The translations under genes and the position numbers were made by a program. From Mobula hypostoma (lineage: Eukaryota): a stretch of 64,000 nt of DNA. The notes under the pieces are model-generated. The model did no database searches and was not told where the DNA came from. It saw only the letters and a list, made by a program, of their open reading frames with translations. Positions 25,024 through 37,022 of this stretch are shown piece by piece. Every line of letters starts with the position of its first letter. Positions within the stretch are counted from its first letter, which is position 1. The stretch lies in NCBI RefSeq assembly GCF_963921235.1, contig NC_086097.1, positions 9,176,001-9,240,000 on the forward strand. The letters run 5' to 3'.

Positions 25024-25924
25024 TGTCAGATTTACCTTATGTACATACAATCAATCAATATATATAAACTAGATAAATATGTACTTGTATTGATAGCGTA
25101 TTGCTTTATATTTATTGTGTTTTTATTTATTACATTCTTTATCTTATTGTGTTTTTTGTGCTGAATCATAACCAGAGTAACAATTATTTTGTTCTCATTT
25201 ACACTTGTGTATTGGAAATGACATGAAACAATCTTGGATCCTGAGTCTTATAGGCACTGGTTATGTTGATACTGATGCAATTGATCGTGTCTCAGGTATT
25301 CAGTGTTAGCAGACTGTTGATTCAAAGTGCCCCTATTGCCTATTGGAGTATCAACCTCACACAAATAACTAGAGTCAGAGAGTAGCAAGGAAGGCTGGAA
25401 ACTCCAGCTTGTTTTCTGCTCTTTAGCCCAGGGCCACTCAGACCAATTTGTAGGATTTATTGCCTCCCTGGCTGAGATCAACCATCTTGACACAATACGG
25501 GAGTCAGACTCAAGCCTCCTGATAGTTGATAGTGTTAACCCCCACATGGTTCTGACTAGCACAATCCGTTTTCACTTCTAAAAACTTCTGTTCAATTTGC
25601 TAATGAATCAACAGAGAATTTTTATCATATAGTTAAACAGATGTCGTTAACAGTCCTCACTTTTGCTTTTCATTATAATTAAATTTACATCAGATTATTC
25701 TGCAGGAAAGGAAAATGTTTCTAAAATATCTTTAAATATTTAATGCAATCTTCCCGAGAAAGGTCCATTTATTACCATTCAGCTTAGAGCATTGCATTGA
25801 TTTTTATATTTACTTTTTAATTAAAGAGAAAGCTACTCCTACAGTAATCAGATTTCTTGATATAGTTGATACAGTCTGGGGTAGGTTCAGTTAGATGGGC
25901 AAGTAAAGACCAAATTATCAGATA

Positions 25925-26330
25925 ACTACTACTACGTTGACTCAGGCCTGGGGAGCCGGTGTCGGGCATGATGATGGACTCTTCACTTCTCCCTCTCCCT
26001 TATCAGTGTGTTCAGTTCATCTACATTAGCCGCGCTGCTGTCTTCTAGGAGCGTGTTGACCACAGTCTTGGGAGGGTGCCCAGGGTTCATCCTCCCGTGC
26101 TTGGGCTCCCATATGATGACTAGGCTGGCAGGTAGCTCGGGGTGGCGTAGACAGTACCCTGCTAGTTGCAGTCTTCTCGCCTCGATTTTAGTGGAGAGCA
26201 TCGGTAGGTTGTTATAGAGTTCAACGTTCATCATATGCTTTTGCCAACTCACATCAAAAGCCATCTGGAGCATTCGTGTATAGCAACCATCTAGAGACTT
26301 TCGCATAGTCTTGGTGAGTGTCCAGATAAG
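25925..26330 (-). mobile_element. RTE-clade LINE ORF 3' fragment
   Basis: LDGCYTRMLQMAFDVSW...IEARRLQLAGYCLRH...WEP; (GTA)n tail. Confidence 0.8.
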
Positions 26331-26340
26331 GTATTACAAT

Positions 26341-27265
26341 TCCTTGAGGTTATCATAGCTAGGGGTGGTAATAGCAATGACCTCCCACTCCCTATTAAAT
26401 GCTCCCAGTGGTATACATTAACAAGGATACAGCTCACCTTGACCATGGACTTTTTACTCTCTTCCCATTCGGTAGGCGCTACAGGAGCCTCCGCTCCCGC
26501 ACCAGCAGGCACAGGAAGAGCTTCTTCCCTGAGGCTGTGACCCTGCTGAACCTCACATCACAGCGCTAAGCAGTATTGCATCCATATTGTACTGTCTCAG
26601 TACTTTTATATTTGTGTGCTGTAGCACTTTTTTTATTCACAGTTATTTTGTAAATAACACTATTCTTTGCATCTCTGGTTAGATGCTAACTGCATTTCAT
26701 TGGCTTTGTATCTGTACTCGGCGCAATGACAATAAAGTTGAATCTAATTGAATCTAATATCAAATAGCTTCTGACAATCATCCAACACTTGACCTTCACG
26801 AGTGGCCTAACTACTAAGCCCAGTGGAACTGTTTCTGCTGATAGGAGAAGGGATAAAAGTGGGTTAATCTCACCCTAAAACCAGTCGCTTCAGGCAAATG
26901 GGGCTCAACAGCTGTGGTTGGCAGCCCGTCTAGGAGAAGGAAAACTTTGATCTCAAACCTCTGCTGCCTTGTGGCTATAGACACTCATTGCGAAGGCTTC
27001 AGGACTAAACCCGAGGAAAAAGATGGAGCTGGAGCCCTAAGGCTATTCTACATTGAGTTCAAAACCGACTGGCAACAATTGTGATGCTGCTGTTGCCAAA
27101 CTGTATTGCCCTCTGCCTTTCCTTTGGATTCATCAGCTATTTGGAAAGGGGAAGACAGCTGCATGGGTAACAGCTTGCTCTCCATATTGTACAACCCAGG
27201 TTTACATATCACGTAGACAGCAGAAACACAATATCCGTTTTCGAGCCTGACCAACGAGGGCTTCC
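26341..27265 (+). mobile_element. RTE-related non-autonomous element split by a Rex-type 3' end (~26420-26758)
   Basis: Both halves align by eye to 5953-6450; the insert ends aataaagttgaatctaattgaatctaat. Confidence 0.65.
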
Positions 27266-27737
27266 TCCAATTGTTATTCTTCAAAAGCTGCATAGGTGTC
27301 AATAGCTTGGACTCCTCATTAGTTTGAGAGGGCTGGTTTTAAAGAAATCTCACAGTGATACCTCGAGCTCTGTGGCATGTACTCCCGATGTCCTGATGAG
27401 AACTGTAGTCACATTCCGGCTGTAAGAGATCATGCCATTGTGCACTAAGTTGGCTGAGGATCAATCTGATTGCTGGCTGTGACAATTCAGATGCAGAAAT
27501 TAAAAAGTCATTGGATGAAGCAAATGACACCAGCTCCAGATTTTCCCTCAGGCTTACGCCTGAAGCCTTCCCTATGCGTGGGTATAGCCATCTATCAGCA
27601 GACATTTGAGATCACAGTTTTCCTTCTCCTACTTTCAAAACTAAGTATTTAGGGTTGGAGATTGGTCAGGAGCTATTACGACTTAGTTTACTTATCAAAC
27701 CTCAGTTACACCTCATTCAATAAGCCTGGACTTAATA

Positions 27738-27920
27738 AACACACATAAAACGCTGGAGGAACTCAGCAGTCCGGGAGCATCTATGGAAGTGAATGAGCAG
27801 TCGACATTCAACTCTTCTTCAAGCCAGTTTATTTAGTTTCATAGACGCTGCATCACCAGCTGAGTTCCTTAGCTGTGTGTTGCTCTGGATTTCCAGCATC
27901 TGCAGAATCTCTCATCTTTT
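27738..27920. mobile_element. Fold-back Penelope-tail derivative, hammerhead mostly deleted
   Basis: Inverted arms gctggaggaactcagc...gcatctatggaa / ttcatagacgctgc...gctgagttcct. Confidence 0.7.
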
Positions 27921-27984
27921 TCAGCTTAATAACATGCACTTCAAATCATTTTGGGTTAAACAACAGAAAACAGAAAATCCGTGT

Positions 27985-29480
27985 GAATGATGCCGTATAC
28001 CAATCTCGCACTCAACATCAGCAAAACCAAACAGCTGAACGTTGACTGCAGGAGGAAGAAGCTAAAGGTTCACGGGACAGCCCTTTGGGGGATTGGAAGG
28101 TGGAGAGGGTCAGACGCCTTAAATATAAAACACAGGAGATTCTGCAGACACAGATGCCCTGATGAAGAGTCTCAGCCCCAATCATTGACTTTTTATTCCT
28201 TTTCATAGACGCTGCTTGGCCAGTTGAGTTCCTCCAGCATTTTGTGTGTGTTGCAATAACTTTAAAGTCCTTGGCATTATCATATCAGCAGATCTATCCT
28301 GGCATCAGCACGTCAATGCCATTGCAAAGAAGGTGATGGCCTCTATTTTCCTCGAAGCTTGTGTAGATTCAGCATGTCATCTAAATCTTTGACAAACTTC
28401 TGTGGCTGCACAGTGGAGAGTATCCTGACTGGTTGCATCACAGCCTGGTATGGAAACATCAATGCCCAGGGGCAGAAAAGTGGTGGTCACAGCCCAGTGC
28501 TTCACAGGGGAAGTCTTACCACCGAGCTCATTGGCATGGAGTGCTGCAACAAGGAAGCTGCATCCCACCAAAGACCCACACCATCGAGGCCATTCTCTCT
28601 TCCCTCTACCAACATCAGGCAGGAGGTTCAGAGGACAGGTTCCGCACTGTTAGAGTGGATTTTTTTTGGGTAGATGATTTGTTTACACTTAAATGACTTT
28701 GGCCACCAGACTTCTATTTTAACTGTTTGACAAAGGACTGTGGATTGAGTCCACCACAACGGGCTTCCTAAAAGGTGTAAATATCAGATGCTTCTGGCGC
28801 CTGATGCTGTAGTTTCGAAGACAGTACTATCGATAGATTATAAATAATAATTGTCTTCTATGTTAGCATGTAAAATGCCAAATAAATGTATTGTGGATTG
28901 AACTAAAGGCTGTGGATACCAACCCAGACATGTTGGCGTTGGAAGGAAAGGATGAAATCCGAAGGTGTGATGTTTGTATGTAACTTCAATAGGAAGCATT
29001 GTCCATGCATTGTCTGTAACTTTTTAAGTAGCGATTGCCTTTGTGTTTAGCATATAAATATCGAGTCCTCATTTAGCTAGCAGACCTTTCTGCAGAAAGC
29101 ATCTTCGTCCGTTAAGATGTCTGCTGTACCTTGTTGTGTTGAATAAAGAAGCTGCTTTGTATCTACCAGTGACTCTGTCTCTCCGGTAACTTCATCCAAA
29201 CTGCCATGGATAACTTCACTCACCTCAACTCTAAATTTGAATATTTTCAAGGACTCCTCAGCTCATGTTCTCAGTATGATTTATTTTTCTATTTGCACAA
29301 TTCGTCTTTTTCACATTGGTGTTTTGTCAGTCTTTGTTCATTTATAATTTATTTTTTTCCATAAATTCTACTGCATTTCTTTGTTTTCTTCCAAATGCCA
29401 ACAAGAAAATAAATCTCAAGATAGTATATGGCAACATATACATGCTTTGATAATAAACTTACTTTAACTTTGACTTTGAA
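27985..29480 (+). mobile_element. Rex/Babar 3' fragment, interrupted by a Penelope tail (28128-28256) and a probable LTR
   Basis: NLALNISKTKQL and LTNFCGCTVESILTGCITAWYGN motifs; (actttg)n tail near 29460-29480. Confidence 0.75.
28648..29206 (+). mobile_element. Probable solo LTR
   Basis: TG...CA ends with a partial inverted repeat (tggat/atcca); TATAAAA at ~29053 and AATAAA at ~29142; interrupts a Rex fragment. No clean TSD. Confidence 0.5.
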
Positions 29481-29514
29481 AGGAAGGACCATCCGGAAAA
29501 TCAGACTTCCAAGA

Positions 29515-29792
29515 CTTACTTAGCATGACGCTATTACAGCTGGGTGCGTCAGAATTTGGACTTCAATCCTGGTGTTCTCTGTAAGGAGTCTCTGTACGCC
29601 ATCCCTGTGGGTTTCCTCCAGATCCTCTCATTTCTTCCCACAGTCCAAAGGCGTACAGGGTAGCTTAATGGGTCATTGTAAGTTGTCCCTTGATTAGGTT
29701 AGGATTAAATCAAGGTTGTCGGGGGTTGCTGATCAGCATGGCTCGAAGAACCAGGAGGGACAATTCCGCGCTGACACCCCAGATAAATAAAT
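29515..29792 (+). mobile_element. HE1/V-type tRNA SINE
   Basis: gtgggtttcctcc...ttcccacagtccaaagg V-domain-like block; aataaataaat tail. Confidence 0.65.
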
Positions 29793-30447
29793 GAAATCAC
29801 TGATACAGTCTTGATTTCATTTAAGAAGATTTAAACAGTGTACTCTGTGGCAGGGCCTGACTCCGGTGTTTATGAAGACACCAGAAGTAACTGTCAGCTT
29901 CTCATGGTGACACCTTCCTGTGCCAGTAGCCTGACTCTCAATATCATTGCAAATTCAGGACTATAGTCCGGGACTGTAATAGGTCTAAGGCCAGGTACAG
30001 AGTTGCAGGGGGTTGTTTGAATAGCGAGTGATTTCTCCTGTAACTACGGCTCCCACATTGCCAACAGAACAAAATCAGCAATTGCTGGAATGACTGTCAC
30101 AACCAAAAGGAATGTGACTCTTTATTTCTGATTAATATTTGCATAAGGATAATAATACAGTAATATTATTAGGTCAACATCATTGTAAGATAGAAATTTA
30201 TCTGTTCATTAGTGATATCATTGCTTTTTTAATAAATGTAAATTTTCAGAGTGGTTTAATGTTTCTTTTTAATTTAATATTTCAGTTCAAGCAAAGTAGG
30301 TGTCTTTTCCCTCTGGTTCAATCTCCTCTCCTTTCAGATTCCTTCTGCACCAGCTTTTGACCTCTCTCACCTTCTGCTAACACCTTCCAGCTCGCCCATT
30401 TCCTCTCCCCCACACATTATTATTCAGGCATTTTTCCCCTTCCTTCT

Positions 30448-30485
30448 CAGTCCTGATGAAGGATCTTGGCCCGAAACGTCGACTG
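30448..30485 (+). ncRNA. Minimal type-I hammerhead ribozyme (older subfamily tail, ~30305-30550)
   Basis: cagtc-CTGATGA-aggatcttggccc-GAAAC-GTC^gactg with a perfect 5-bp helix I. Confidence 0.82.
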
Positions 30486-30556
30486 CTTATTCATTTCCAT
30501 AGATACAGCCTGAAATCTTGAGTTCCTCCAGCATTTTGTGTGCGTTGCAAAGAATA

Positions 30557-31044
30557 CGATGCGTGATTGATAAGTTCGTGGCCTAAGGTAGAAGGAGTCA
30601 ATTTTAGAAAACCTAGCACGTTTATTTTTCCTACACTTACACACTTAGTCCAGCTGTCGTGGAGCATACGGATCCCTTCTTTGTAGAAGTCAGAGTTTTG
30701 GATCTCCAGAAAGTGTTCCACAGCAGGGGTGAGTGATAAGTTTGTGGCCTAAGGTAGAAGGCGCTGAGTTATTAACTTCAAACTTTCTGCATTTTCGCTC
30801 AAAGAGCTGACCTGCATGTGCATGTAACGAGAGCTGTATAACTCATCTCCTTCTACCTTAGGCCACAAACTTATCAATCACTCCCTGCTGTGGACCACTT
30901 CTACAAAGAAGGGATCCGCATGCTCCACGACTGCTGGACTAAGTGTGTACATGTAGGAGGGGACTATGTTGAAAAATAAATGTGCTAGGTTTTCTAAAAT
31001 TGACTCCTTCTACCTTAGGCCACAAACTTATCAATCACCCCTCC
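30557..31044. mobile_element. Mariner-derived palindromic MITE
   Basis: TA TSDs (30555-56, 31045-46); TIR gtgattgataagtt(c/t)gtggcctaaggtagaaggag; transposase C-terminus YKEGIRMLHDCWTKCVHVGGDYVEK* on the plus strand and a homologous copy on the minus strand. Confidence 0.9.
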
Positions 31045-31098
31045 TATCTCAATTGAAACAATTAAAGCAATATATCAATCGAAGCAATTACTTTAATT

Positions 31099-32059
31099 CA
31101 GGGGTCCCCAACCTTTTTTGCACTGCGGACCAGTTTGATATTGACAATATTCTTGCGGACCGGCTGACCTGGGGGTGGGGGTAGGGTTGCCAACAGAAAA
31201 AAGTAGTAGTCAAATACGTTGTGTTTACCCCGAGAAAGACTACCATGACCATGAAGCCTTGCATGGGCACCTATGTGCGCATGCGTGTACGTGCCCATTT
31301 TTTACTACAAGTCGTTTTTGGTAATTCTGTTCAGTGAAACTACACTGTACATACATTATTTCTACTTTATATAGGCTGTGTATTTATCATATCATTCTTG
31401 CTTTTACTATATGTTAGTGTTATTTTAGGTTTTATGTAACACAGCGCATGAATATAGTGAGAAGTCAATTAGTCACTTGCAAGTCAATAACATCATAACA
31501 TTTTAAGTAACATTTGGATATTAAACACACAGCACATATTTTCCCCATATGAACATATAAAATCATTGCAACACACCAATATCGCTGAATCAGTGGGAAC
31601 CCTGGGCTTGTTCTCTGCAACAAGACGGTCCCATCGAGGGGTGATGGGAGACAGCGATACTCGAAGGGGGTTCCTGATGTCCAGTCTATTCTGCAATTTA
31701 GTTTTCGTTGCATTCATTGCAGAAAAGCCCGCTTCGCGGAGATATGTTGGAAATGGAAACAACATTTTCAGTGATTTCGTGGCTATCTCAGGATATTTAA
31801 CCTTGACTTTGATCCAGAACGCCGGCAGAGATGTTATGTCAAACATACTTTTCAGCCCACCGTCATTTGCAAGCTCGAGGAGTTGATCTTCTTCCCGCGC
31901 TGACATGGATGAAGCGTAGGTAATGACTTCGCGTGTGTTCAAGTTCAACAGCGGGCGTGACAGGGAATGAGGAAAGGTGCAGCTGACTCCTATCGCCAAA
32001 TCATATCGTTTCCTCGCGGCCCGGTAACACATGCTTTGCTTGGTGGTTGCAGACCACTG
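31099..32059 (-). mobile_element. hAT (Buster/Charlie-type) internal-deletion derivative
   Basis: TIRs caggggtccccaacc / ggttgcagaccactg; 8-bp TSD ctttaatt / ctttaagt; C-terminal dimerisation domain DQLLELANDGGLK...FW...YPEIA...FPTYLREAGFS...KTKLQNRLD. Confidence 0.92.
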
Positions 32060-33206
32060 CTTTAAGTTCACAAATGACCAGCATCTATTGATAGTATCAA
32101 AATGCCCCTGAATGGAGTCCTTGTTTGGTTATTTAACCACGTTGCAGTGAGCCTAGCTTTATATATTTGCCCAACCAGAGTGTCAGTGATTCATGGTCAA
32201 CATTACTGATATAAGCATTTCCGTAAGAAAAAAATCACATTTATTGAGTCAACTGAAGTGCAACAACAGTGAGATTGAAGCCTTTGGCCTAGGCCTTGAG
32301 GACAGCACACAGCCACCAGGCTGCCATTCCTTAAATAGATGAAGAATCATTATTGTACTTCGTCATTTCTAAAGATTCACATACATCACTAACCTGCTAT
32401 TACCCTGGAAACCAGCAGTACAAATGGAAACAGCCCAAAAATGTTAATATTCACAGAGAAGGTAACAGTGGTGATAGAGTGAGAATAAGCAGAAAAAGTG
32501 TTTCGCACCTCGGTGATTTTCCTGATCTGTAAAAGGTTAATAACTACCTTGCTTGGTGGCTGCGAGCCACTGACTTTTAATTGGCAGCTTTGAGCAAATT
32601 GTGCGACACAGACAGCGCATTGGGGAGGCTTTTTGTCTTCTCCAATATTATGTTCTGTGCATATTTGACTCTGAACTACGAACACCTTAAGATTAATGAT
32701 GCTCTAGGAATTCACTCATAAGGAGAGTGATAAGTTAGCACCGATTTATCACTCGTACTTTTAATATACCCTGGGGCTGTTGCATCTCAGCTCTCAGATC
32801 TACAACCTTTGGTAGATTTGCTGTTCTGCGTGATTAGGAATTTCCATTTATCATGTTCACCACTTTAGGATAAATGATAGATTGTGATTCTATATTGTAC
32901 TTTCTCCAAAGCTAAATTCCACAAGGCAATGCTATTAAGATGCAGAGCGATGTCAGGCAAAAATGTTCTTTTGAAATGAAAGCACTGAACAGAACTGTAG
33001 GTTTGTTCTCCGACTTTTTTAGAAGGTTACTGGTGTCTACTTAATAATATTCCCATCTTCTCTTAGGCCTCCGTTGATAGGAGTTGACCATGGTTCTTGC
33101 ATCCCAGCCATCTACATAATATGGAAGCCAGGGCAGTATGATATGGAGAACAAGCTGTTATCCATGCAGCAGGCACCCACTCTCCACACAGCTGATGAAT
33201 CCAAAA

Positions 33207-33743
33207 AACACACATAAAAGTTGCTGGTGAACGCAGCAGGCCAGGCGGCATCTCTAGGAAGAGGTACAGTCGACGTTTCAGGCTGAGACCCTTCGTCAGG
33301 ACCAACTGAAGGAAGAGCTAGTAAGAGATTTGAAAGTGGGAGGAGGAGGGGGAGATCCAAAATGATAGGAGAAGACAGGAGGGGGAGGGATGGAGCCAAG
33401 AGCTGGACAGGTGATTGGCAAAGGGGATATGAGAGGATCATGGGACAGGAGGCCCAGGGAGAAGGAAAAGGGGGAGGGGGGAAAAAACCCAGAGGATGGG
33501 CAAGGGGTATAGTCAGAGGGACAGAGGGAGAAAAAGGAGAGAGAAAAAGAATGTGTGTATATAAATAAATAACGGATGGGGTACGAGGGGGAGGTGGGGC
33601 ATTAGCTGAAGTTAGAGGAGTCAATGTTCATGCCATCAGGTTGGAGGCTACCCAGACGGAATATAAGGTGTTGTTCCTCCAACCTGAGTGTGGCTTCATC
33701 TTTACAGTAGAGGAGGCCGTGGATAGAGATGTCAGAATGGGAA
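33207..33743 (-). mobile_element. Penelope 3' fragment (GIY-YIG C-terminus + tail) with 14-bp TSD
   Basis: TSD tgatgaatccaaaa (33193-33206 / 33744-33757); HSHSDISIHGLLYCKDEATLRLEEQHLIFRLGSLQPDGMN. Confidence 0.92.
33267..33304 (-). ncRNA. Minimal type-I hammerhead ribozyme
   Basis: Minus strand tggtc-CTGACGA-agggtctcagcct-GAAAC-GTC^gactg. Confidence 0.82.
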
Positions 33744-34405
33744 TGATGAATCCAAAAGTAATGGCGGAGACCAAAACAGTTTGGCTTCAGCAGCATCGCA
33801 GGGGTTGCCAGTCAGCGTCGAACTCAACATAGGATTGTGTTGGAGACTCCATCTCTGGAATTTTCCCTTGGGGTTTACTACCAAAGTCTTCCCCATGAGT
33901 GGGTGTAGCTGCAAGGTAGTGAAGGTTTGAGATCAGAGTTTTCCTTCTCCCAGGTGAGCCGCCAACCACAGCTGATGAGACCCATCTATCCGAAGTGACT
34001 GGCTTTAAGGTGCGAGTAGCCTGCCTTTACCCTTTCTCCTGGTTCCGGCTGGCTTAGCAGCCAAGCCACATTTGAAGGCCGGGAGCTGGACTTGGCTGTC
34101 AGAGGCTATTTGAGACGCACACCATTGGGAGCATTTATTAGGTAGTGAGAGCTTGTCCTCATTACCGTCCCCAGCTGTACCAACCTTAAGGAAGCAATAT
34201 TCCCATGATGTAGCATAATAAAATACATATTCACAGCACGATAGAAGTAAAATTGAATTTCATTCTTCAAGATACAGCACCAATAGGCTTTAGTTGTGAC
34301 TGCCAAGCATTTCCACTAAGGAACATTGGCTAAAGTAATTGAATAACTGCAGATTACAAACCAAATAAACACATGTTTTCAAATTTAATAAAGGTAGGGC
34401 ATTAG

Positions 34406-34705
34406 AACAGCACAGTATTGTAGTGGTGAGCACAATGTTTTACAGTACCAGTGACATGAGTTCAATTCCCACCGCTGTCTGTGAAAAGTTTGTATGTTTC
34501 TCCGGCGACCCTGTGGGTATCTTTTGGTTGCTCCAGTTCCTTCCTGCTGTTCAAAGGTGTAAAGGTTGGTAGGTTAATTAGTCATTGTAAATTGTCCCAT
34601 GAATAGGGTAAGATTAAATTAAGGGTTGCTGGGGAGTGTGGCCAAAGGGCCATAAAGTCCTATTCCGCACTATCTCAATAAACATACATACATAAATAAA
34701 TAAAT
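34406..34705 (+). mobile_element. HE1/V-type tRNA SINE
   Basis: tRNA-like head (tagtggtgagcac...gagttcaattccc), V-like block, (AAAT)n tail. Confidence 0.7.
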
Positions 34706-34879
34706 ATACTATGAATGTGGTGGCCCTAGATAGTACTGAGGAGCAAATAAACCTTGGTGTACAGGCTGAAAGATCCCCGAAGGTGGCAGTGTAGGTGAAT
34801 GTCTACATTAATCGGAACATAAAGCATAAGATCAGAGAGATCTTGGTGCACTTTCATAAATATTGCTCGTTTTAAGAAA

Positions 34880-35392
34880 GAGGCTACTGAAAGTGTTGGA
34901 TACAGCCCAGTCCATCACAGGCAAAGCCCTCCCCACCAATGTATACATTTGCTTGGAACATTGCCTCAAGAAAGCAGCATCCATCAACAAAGACCCCACC
35001 AACCTGGTGGTGCCCATTTCTGACTAATACCATCAGGCAGAATGTACAGAAGCCTTAGCTCCCAGACTGCCAGCTACAGGAATAATTATTACTACACAAC
35101 CATCAGGCCCCTGAACTGGAGAAAATAACTTCATTCGCCACTACTCTGAACTGATTCTCCAACCTATAGATTCACTTTCAAAGCCTCTTTACAGCTCATA
35201 TTCTCAATATTATTCTTATGTGCACAGTGCTTTTGAACATCAGTCATTTGTCAACCTTTGTGTGTTTATGTACAGTTCTCTCATAAAGTCTATTGTATCT
35301 CCTTTTTTTCCTGTAAATGCCTGTGAATCTCCAGGTAGTATATGGAACATATATGCACTTTGATAATAAAATTACCTTGAACTTTGAATTTG
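34880..35392 (+). mobile_element. Rex/Babar 3' end
   Basis: gtgttggatacagcccagtccatcacaggcaaagccctccccacc; tail tttgataataaa...gaactttgaa, as at 29440-29480. Confidence 0.7.
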
Positions 35393-37022
35393 AGGCTCCG
35401 TATTTGAAGGTAAAGTTTCTCCATTGTATGATTACTTTTTAGGAGTCCTGTAAGTCTCAAAACCGTAAGCCTCATCAGAAATGAGTTATTGTTTGAAGTA
35501 GCAAGGGAGAAAGAGCAATATATTGCAGGGTAGGGGCCATTTGAAAACTGTAAGTCTCATTGGAGTGAGCCAATAAAAAGAAGGGAGGTGTAAATGGAGT
35601 GACCATTGTTGGAGTAGGCCAGTTTTAGAGTGGTCCACCTTTGGTTCAACCAGCTACGGCAAGCACATGCAGGTGTCCTAAGCTTTAATTCTTGATGCTA
35701 TTTCATATTTAATCATTGCATTTTATAATATAAGACCATAAGACAAAGGAGCAGAAGTCGACCATTCGGCCCATTTGGCCCATCGAGGCTGCTCTGCCAT
35801 TTTATCATGAGCTGATCCATTCTCCCATTTAGTCCCACTCCCCCGCCTTCTCACCATAACCCCTGATGCCCTGGCTACTCAGATAACTATCAATCTCTGC
35901 CTTAAATACACCCATCGCCGTTCGTGGTAGCAAATTCCATAGATTCACCACCCTCTGGCTAAAAAAATTACTTTGCATCTCTGTTCTGAATGGGTGCCCT
36001 TCAATGCTTAAGTCATGCCCTCTCGTACTAGACTCCCCCATCATGGGAAACAACTTTGCCACATCCACTCTGTCCATGCCTTTAACATTCGAAGTGTTTC
36101 TATCTGGTCCCCCCTCATTCTTCTAAACTCCAAGGAATACAGTCCAAGAGCGGACAAACGTTCCTCATATGTTAACGCTTTCATTCCCGGAATCATTCTA
36201 GTGAATCTTCTCTGCACCCTCTCCAACGTCTGCACATCCTTTCTTAAATATGGAGCCCAAAACTGCCCACAGTATTCCAAGTGAGGTCTTACCAGCGCCT
36301 TATAGAGCCTCAAGATCACACCCCTGCTCCTATACTTTATTCCCCTAGAAATAAATACCAACATTGCATTTGCTTTCTTCACCACCGACTCAACCTGAAG
36401 GTTAACCTTAAGGGTATCCTGCACGAGGACTCCCAAGTCCCATTGCATCTCAGAACTATAAATTCTCTCCCCATTTAAATAATAGTCTGCCCATTTATTT
36501 CTTCTGCCAAAGTGCATTACCATACACTTTCCAACATTGTATTTCATTTGCCACTTCTTTGCCCATTCTTCCAATCTATCCAAGTCTCTCTGCAGACTCT
36601 CTGTTTCCTCAGCACTACCGGCCCCTCCACCTATCTTTGTACCATCAGCAAACTTAGCCACAAAGCCATCTATTCCATAATCCAAATCGTTGATGTACAA
36701 TGTAAAAAGAAGCGGCCCCAACAATGACCCCTGTGGAAAACCACTGGTAACCGGTAGCCAACCAGAATAGGATCCCTTTATTCCCACTCTCTGTTTCCTG
36801 CCAATGCCCTATCCACGTATGTAACTTTCCCGTAATTCCATGGGCTCTTATCTTGTTTAGTGTGGGCACGTGGCCAAGTGGTTAAGGCATTCGACTAGTG
36901 ACCTGAAAGTCATGAGTGCGAGCCCCAGCTGAGGCAGCTTGTTATGTCCTTGAGCAAGGCACTTAACCACACAGTGCTCTGCGACGACACTGGTGCCAAG
37001 CTGTATCGGCCCTTGCCCTTCC

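Larger units (their letters stand above)
23725..25240 (+). mobile_element. Rex/Babar 3' fragment hosting three younger insertions
   Basis: FCTCGVESILTSCINAWYGNCTAVDRK (DUF1891-like); interrupted at 24017-24305, ~24388-24515 (CR1 tail, minus) and 24591-25023. Confidence 0.75.
33061..34190 (-). mobile_element. RTE-related non-autonomous element split by a Penelope insertion
   Basis: Reverse complement is similar to 5953-6450 and 51085-51548. Confidence 0.7.

Noticed and set aside
36863..36935. tRNA gene
   Set aside because: It is a SINE head with a degenerate B box, continuous with the SINE body and bounded by the SINE TSD.
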